Assembly (NCBI RefSeq): GCF_009914755.1
Contig: NC_060929.1
Origin: the human T2T-CHM13v2.0 reference genome, Homo sapiens
Direction: 5' to 3' (one strand)
Length of the DNA: 64,000 bases
Of the stretch, positions 58,750 to 64,000 are shown piece after piece. The notes under the pieces were generated by a model that saw only the letters and a list, made by a program, of their open reading frames with translations, was not told where the DNA came from and ran no database searches. Positions within the stretch are counted from its first letter, which is position 1. Every line of letters starts with the position of its first letter. The translations under genes were made by a program, and so were the position numbers.

Positions 58750-61700
58750 AAAAGTAATGCTTTTAATATTTACAAATAGGTATAATTGTTGCTCTGTATT
58801 CTTGGTAAGTACCCTTCATCAGGTTTTAAGAATGTTCTCTCATCTGTTCCTAATTTCTAATGCCTGTAGTTTTTCTTAAATGGAGTTTAATTTTGTGGAT
58901 GTTTTTTCAGCATTTCTTGAAATTATCATACGGCTTTACTTCCTCAATTTGTTAATGCACTGAATCATATTAATAGATTGTAATTGATGTTCTAATGTTA
59001 GGACATTAGAACACTGCTAGATTTGGTTTGCTAATATTTTGTCTCAGAATTTTACTTATTTATGAGTAAAATTGTATTTATTTTTTATACTGTGTTTTGT
59101 CAATTTCTTCCTAAGTTTATATATCTTTTTGCTGAGAATTTTTTTTGTGTCAAATTTGTTAGCCTTTGTTTATAATATTTTAATCTGTCTTGTATATCTA
59201 GTTATGCTCTTTGAATTCTGATTATCTACTCATTTTTCTGTGATGTTGCTGAGTATTTGTCAATTTTATTATTCCATTTAAATTACCAAATTTGAGAATT
59301 GTCTATTGTATCTTTGTTTTTATACATTCATTTCTGTTCTTTATTAAATCCTTTCTGTTACTGTCTTTGGATTTATTTTGTTATTTTTATACCATATTAA
59401 GGTGACTTTCTAAGTCAGTTTGCATCCTTTTTACTTTCTTTGAATTATTACTTAAGGCTATAAATTTCCCTTCATCACTTGTAGTATTTTTTATTCTTCA
59501 TTTCTAATTATTTTTTATAATAAACCACACAATCACATACTGGTTGGATCATCTTGATTAAAAATAACAATTGTACAAAATCAGGTTTGTATTGGAAAAT
59601 TAGCACCTGTGATTTCAAGTTATACCACACTATTTCATATAAGATGCCATCTATGCAACATTAATAGGTTCCCTAAGAAATTTACTTCTCAGCTTGGTTT
59701 TCATGGTTGGTAGATGGAAGTAAGGTGGAAAGGGGGATCTTATGGGAAAAAAATAGACATTCCCATATACGCCTTTGGCTTCACAAAATTAGTGGGTTTT
59801 TTTTTTTCACACACACACAAAATTGCGAAGACAAACAGTTACAGATTTTCCAGCCAAAGAAGCTTGTATAAAAGCTTGAACTCAGGCATAAAACTAGCTA
59901 ATACTTGTCCTTTTCACCCTATGAAGTGTCTTACATAATCAATAAGTAAGCAGACGTTTTAAATTTTTTTCTTCTTACAAATACATATTTCATGTATTAA
60001 CACATAAAATGGGTAATAAGAAAAGGAATGGAAATAATCTAGATAAATGTGAGCTATCACTCTTTAATCTCTTATCAGATACTAGTTGCATGGATGACTC
60101 TGTCAATTGTAATTCCTTTCCCTGAAATACCTACCATTTTCAGGCATTTAATCCTCAGTTTATTTGAACAGTATCCAACTGATATGGTTTCCATCTATGC
60201 TATGTTAATTTATTCCCTGAAAAACCATTCATATATATAATTACATGCATATGTATACACACATACACACACAAAGCAATGTAGCAAAGAGGTTTCACTA
60301 AAACATTTTTGCAAAAAGTTCTACATTGTTGAATTTCTTTTCTAAACATACTCAAGTCAAAGGAATTTTTAACAAGAATTAAAAATTCCATGTTTTAATT
60401 TTACTCACTGTAACAAAAACATGCAGCTGAAATGTAGGTGTCTGATATATATTTATGACAATCCATCCATTTTTCATGAAAGCCTGGAGAATTATTTTAT
60501 TTGGTCATTAGTTTGCCTGAAGGTGTTAGATTGGTGCTGCAAGTTTAAACATGCTCAGTATAAATCAAAGAACTCCACATGGAAAAGAATGATTATCTCT
60601 AATAGAAAACAAAACAGTACATGCTCACACAGCATGAGTGTGAATATAACGCAGAAATCCACCTTCTCAGAAAGTTGGAGGTAAGTCAGAGAAAATTTAA
60701 AATATGCTGTAGACATGGGACTGCCTTGGAGCTGAAAGGTACATTAACCCTTACATTTCCTCTGAAACTGGAACAATTTTGTTCACAAGATAATTTTTTG
60801 AAAAGGCCTGCAAATTCTGAACTTGTTCTTTTTAGCAGAATCAGGTTCTATTTTTGTTACACAGTTTACTTATGAGTTTAGAATTTCAGAAGCCTTTTGC
60901 TTCTATATTAAGTTCATGACCCAAATGACTTATAATGCAAATTGTACATTTTGTTCAACTATCACCACTTCATAACTTATTTTAAAAATTATGAGCAGTG
61001 TTTCATTCTCTCCTTTCCTCCCTCCCTCTTCCTTTACCTCCTTCCCTCTCCCTTTACCTACTCTTTCCCTCTGACTCTTCCTTTTGCACACACACTCACA
61101 ATTTTTAGTCTTTTCATTATTTCACATATATAGAACTTGCTTGTTAATTCCATATGAAATTGGATGTTGGTGGGATATGATGCCTTCATTTTAAAACACT
61201 TGCATTTATAAAAGTGCACATGTATGCTTGTGCATTAAAAATTCAACCAGTAACCACAAGACTTCTGAAATTAGCTCAAGAAATAAATTCTCCTGGTGTG
61301 AAAGCGTGGTGGCCACATAGTCCTGACCTTGGCCCAGAGCTCACAATTTTAATAATGTGTCCCAAAATAATGCTTTACCTAACTACCCTAAGGAATAAAT
61401 GACACCAAGTAAAAGTGTTCAAAGATATAATAAGATGACTGATACTGGATTTTTTTATCCTTTGAGAAGAAAGGGCAGAAAGGAAGTGAAGGAGCTCAGC
61501 ATAGCTCTTAACTCAAACTGGACTGTTGATATCAATAAATGGTGTCATTTAATTAAAAGAAAAGATTTCAGAAATGTTCAAGTGTTCTAAAGTTTGATCA
61601 CTGTGTGACTACCTTGTTGGGGCCATGGGCAATGTATGTACTCATTGTGAATCATTCTGGGAAACTGTGGTCAGTCTGGTATAGAATATGAAGATTGAGT

Positions 61701-63169
61701 ATGTAGGCCTTAAGTGAGATGATGGAAAACCTACTCCATTTCTGCGAGACCTCATGGTAGGTTTAGATTTATCCTATTCTACAATCATGAAGAGTAGAGT
61801 ACTCTTGGGGGTGATGGTGGATACTCACTCCTGGGACACAGAGGTGAGCAAGGAGTACAAAGGTATCCTGAGGATGAATCCATGTCAGTGCAATGGCTGC
61901 AGGTTATTCTTGATGTTGTGTCATACCTTTTATACCAAATGATCAAAAATGTTATGAAAAGTTATAGCAGATCTGATCTATACAACATTTGAGACACAGT
62001 AGCAAAAGGTAGCTCAGGGCTGTCCTCTTCTGCTTCAACACTAGAAGAGTAGAAATCTCATTTGATCAGCAGCAGCAAAGATGGAAATGGCAGATCAGGA
62101 GGCCAGATTAGAGGGATGAATGTGACCTGATTCTGAGTACAACGAGAAAACAACCACAGAACCCTGAGAAAGAGCAGGGACAGATATAAGTCAAGTATAT
62201 TACTTCTGGCAACAACAGGAGTGGGAATTTCTGCTTCTGAGTAGGATATAGTAAGTGGTGGCAAGCGATCACTCTCAGTGGCAATAACTGGGGGGAAATT
62301 ATAAGTTACAAAAATCACATTTACAAACAAATTTGAGATATATGGAATTGAAGACTAGGTGAATTAAAACTCCAGTATGATCAGAGCCCCCTAAGAAAGC
62401 TAATATTGCCAGCTCTTTGCTTTACTGGAAGTATTTTCTGAGTCTGAGGATTAGTCTAGCCATGGGCAGAGGACTCTATGAAGGGGAATAGAAATCAGCA
62501 GAAGTTTTGATAACCATAGAGACTGACATGTCGGATTGGAAGAGGAGTCCAAACATATAGCCGATTTTCTACATGAGACATTTGCTGAGAGCTTTGGGAG
62601 TAAAAAAGGCTTAAAAAGTTGGCTAAAAAAGACAGAATGAAATCTCTTGTAGTCTCAGAGTTTAGGAATCAAGTTATCCTACAGGGAGGGACCTATAACA
62701 GATACATAATAAGAATCCTCCTTAAGATATATCTCATATTTTAAACCTATATAGGATGGATGGCTAAAGAGAAACATCCACAACCTCTGAAAAGCACAGC
62801 TTTCAGATTAGAAGAGCTAGGGACCTTATAAACTGTTAAGCAAAAAATGCAGAGAACCATGCTGTAGTAGGGAGTCCAGACCTGAAAAACAACACACTAA
62901 ACACTAAAAATTTTCTGCAGTCCCATTGTGAACTCCGTAGTGCTTTGGAGATAAAGTCCCATTAAAGAAATGAGGCAGCAATAAACACAGCGTAGGTCAT
63001 GTGTCCTTAAGACGTTTGAAATTAGATTGAGTATAATGAAAGTACAACCTAACTTCAAACCCAACCCTGCTTATTAATTGTTAGATTGAGGGGATGAGTC
63101 TCTCACTCTGTCTGCCTGACAAAAGAAAGGTCCAGTCCTCTCTGGAGGGAAATATCAACTTCAGTCTCC

Positions 63170-64000
63170 ATGGATCTTTCATACAATAAAAAATTATGAT
63201 ATATGCAAAAGGTTAGGAAAATGTGACCACTCATCAAAAAAGAAAGTACAAAATAGAAACACATCTCCTCTTTGATCTAGATGTTGGGGTTAGCAGACTT
63301 TAAAATATCCATTAGGAAAAAAGTGTTAATGAAAATAGAGAAAAAGAATAGATAAAAAGGTAAAAAACTGCCAATAGAAAATAGAAGCTATAAAAAAAGA
63401 ATAAAACAGTCTGGGACTACAAAGTGCAATAGCTGAATTAAGAACATATGATATGGCTTTAACAGCAGACTATGTGGGATATAATCTGTTGAATATGTGT
63501 AATTGGAGACCCTGAAGGAACAAGAAGGGAATAGAAAAATATAGCTGAAGAGCTAATTGTCAAGAATTTTCCAAAACTGAAGACAGACATCAGTACCTAT
63601 TGATAAATCTCAGCATAGCCTAATTAGGATAAATAGAAAGAAAACCATATCTAGAGACATCATCTAGAGCAGCCAAACTGCTGAAACCCAAATATAAAGA
63701 AAAAAATCTTAAAAACATCTAGAAAAAAAAGTTACCTTCCAAGAAGCAAGGATGACTGACTTGAACAGGAACACCACAGGACCAAATGGTGGAATAACAT
63801 CTTTAATGTGCTCATGGAACATTAAACATGCTGTTTAATGGCTTACTGCTAACCAAGAATTCTTTATCCAGCAAAAATATCCTTAAAAAATGAAGGTGAA
63901 ATAAAGACATTTCAGGTATCCAGTAGACCTACACTACAAGAAAAACTAAAGGTAGCTCTTTAGGGCAAAAGGATCCTAGCTGGAAGCACAGAACTTTAGC
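63170..64000 (+). mobile_element. Ancient L1M ORF1 region
   Basis: gaattttccaaaactga...aaactgctgaaa..caaa.ataaagaaaaaatcttaaaa...ccaagaattct.tatccagcaaaaatatcctt.aaaaatgaaggtgaaataaagacattt (ORF1 C-terminus pattern). Confidence 0.75.

Larger units (their letters stand above)
54640..59520 (-). mobile_element. Cluster of ancient L1M (ME-like) fragments hosting younger insertions
   Basis: T-rich antisense L1 motifs (aaatgatatctcattggggttttaattt, ccctttgctcttccatataaatttt, tgagctaggacttcta, cttaaggctataaatttccc); boundaries approximate. Confidence 0.6.

Overview
Primate (very probably human) genomic DNA, mostly large introns of RNF180 (Rines, RING E3 ligase) transcribed on the + strand. Two internal coding exons are supported: 45289-45514 (C3HC4 RING finger) and 50384-50509. 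They have canonical AG/GT boundaries and compatible phases. Most of the rest is interspersed repeat: two long antisense L1s, many L1 fragments, about 11 Alus plus two monomers, MaLR/ERV LTRs (THE1, MLT1, MER52, MER93-like), a full-length Tigger1 nested in a two-LTR MaLR provirus, and many Tigger/hAT/mariner fossils. The best item missing from the ORF track is an intronless HSPA8 (HSC70) pseudogene fragment at about 32626-32940 (- strand) that keeps the mRNA 5' end but lacks the 3' part. Other observations: templated-insertion-like scars, an apparent L1PA/L1PB chimera, recurrent MER47-into-MER44 nesting, inverted Alus around the RING exons, and cryptic exon candidates. I found no evidence for a truly new biological system. 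Nearly all ORFs in the track are repeat-derived or chance ORFs. Repeat subfamily names come from remembered consensus sequences and need RepeatMasker/Dfam confirmation.
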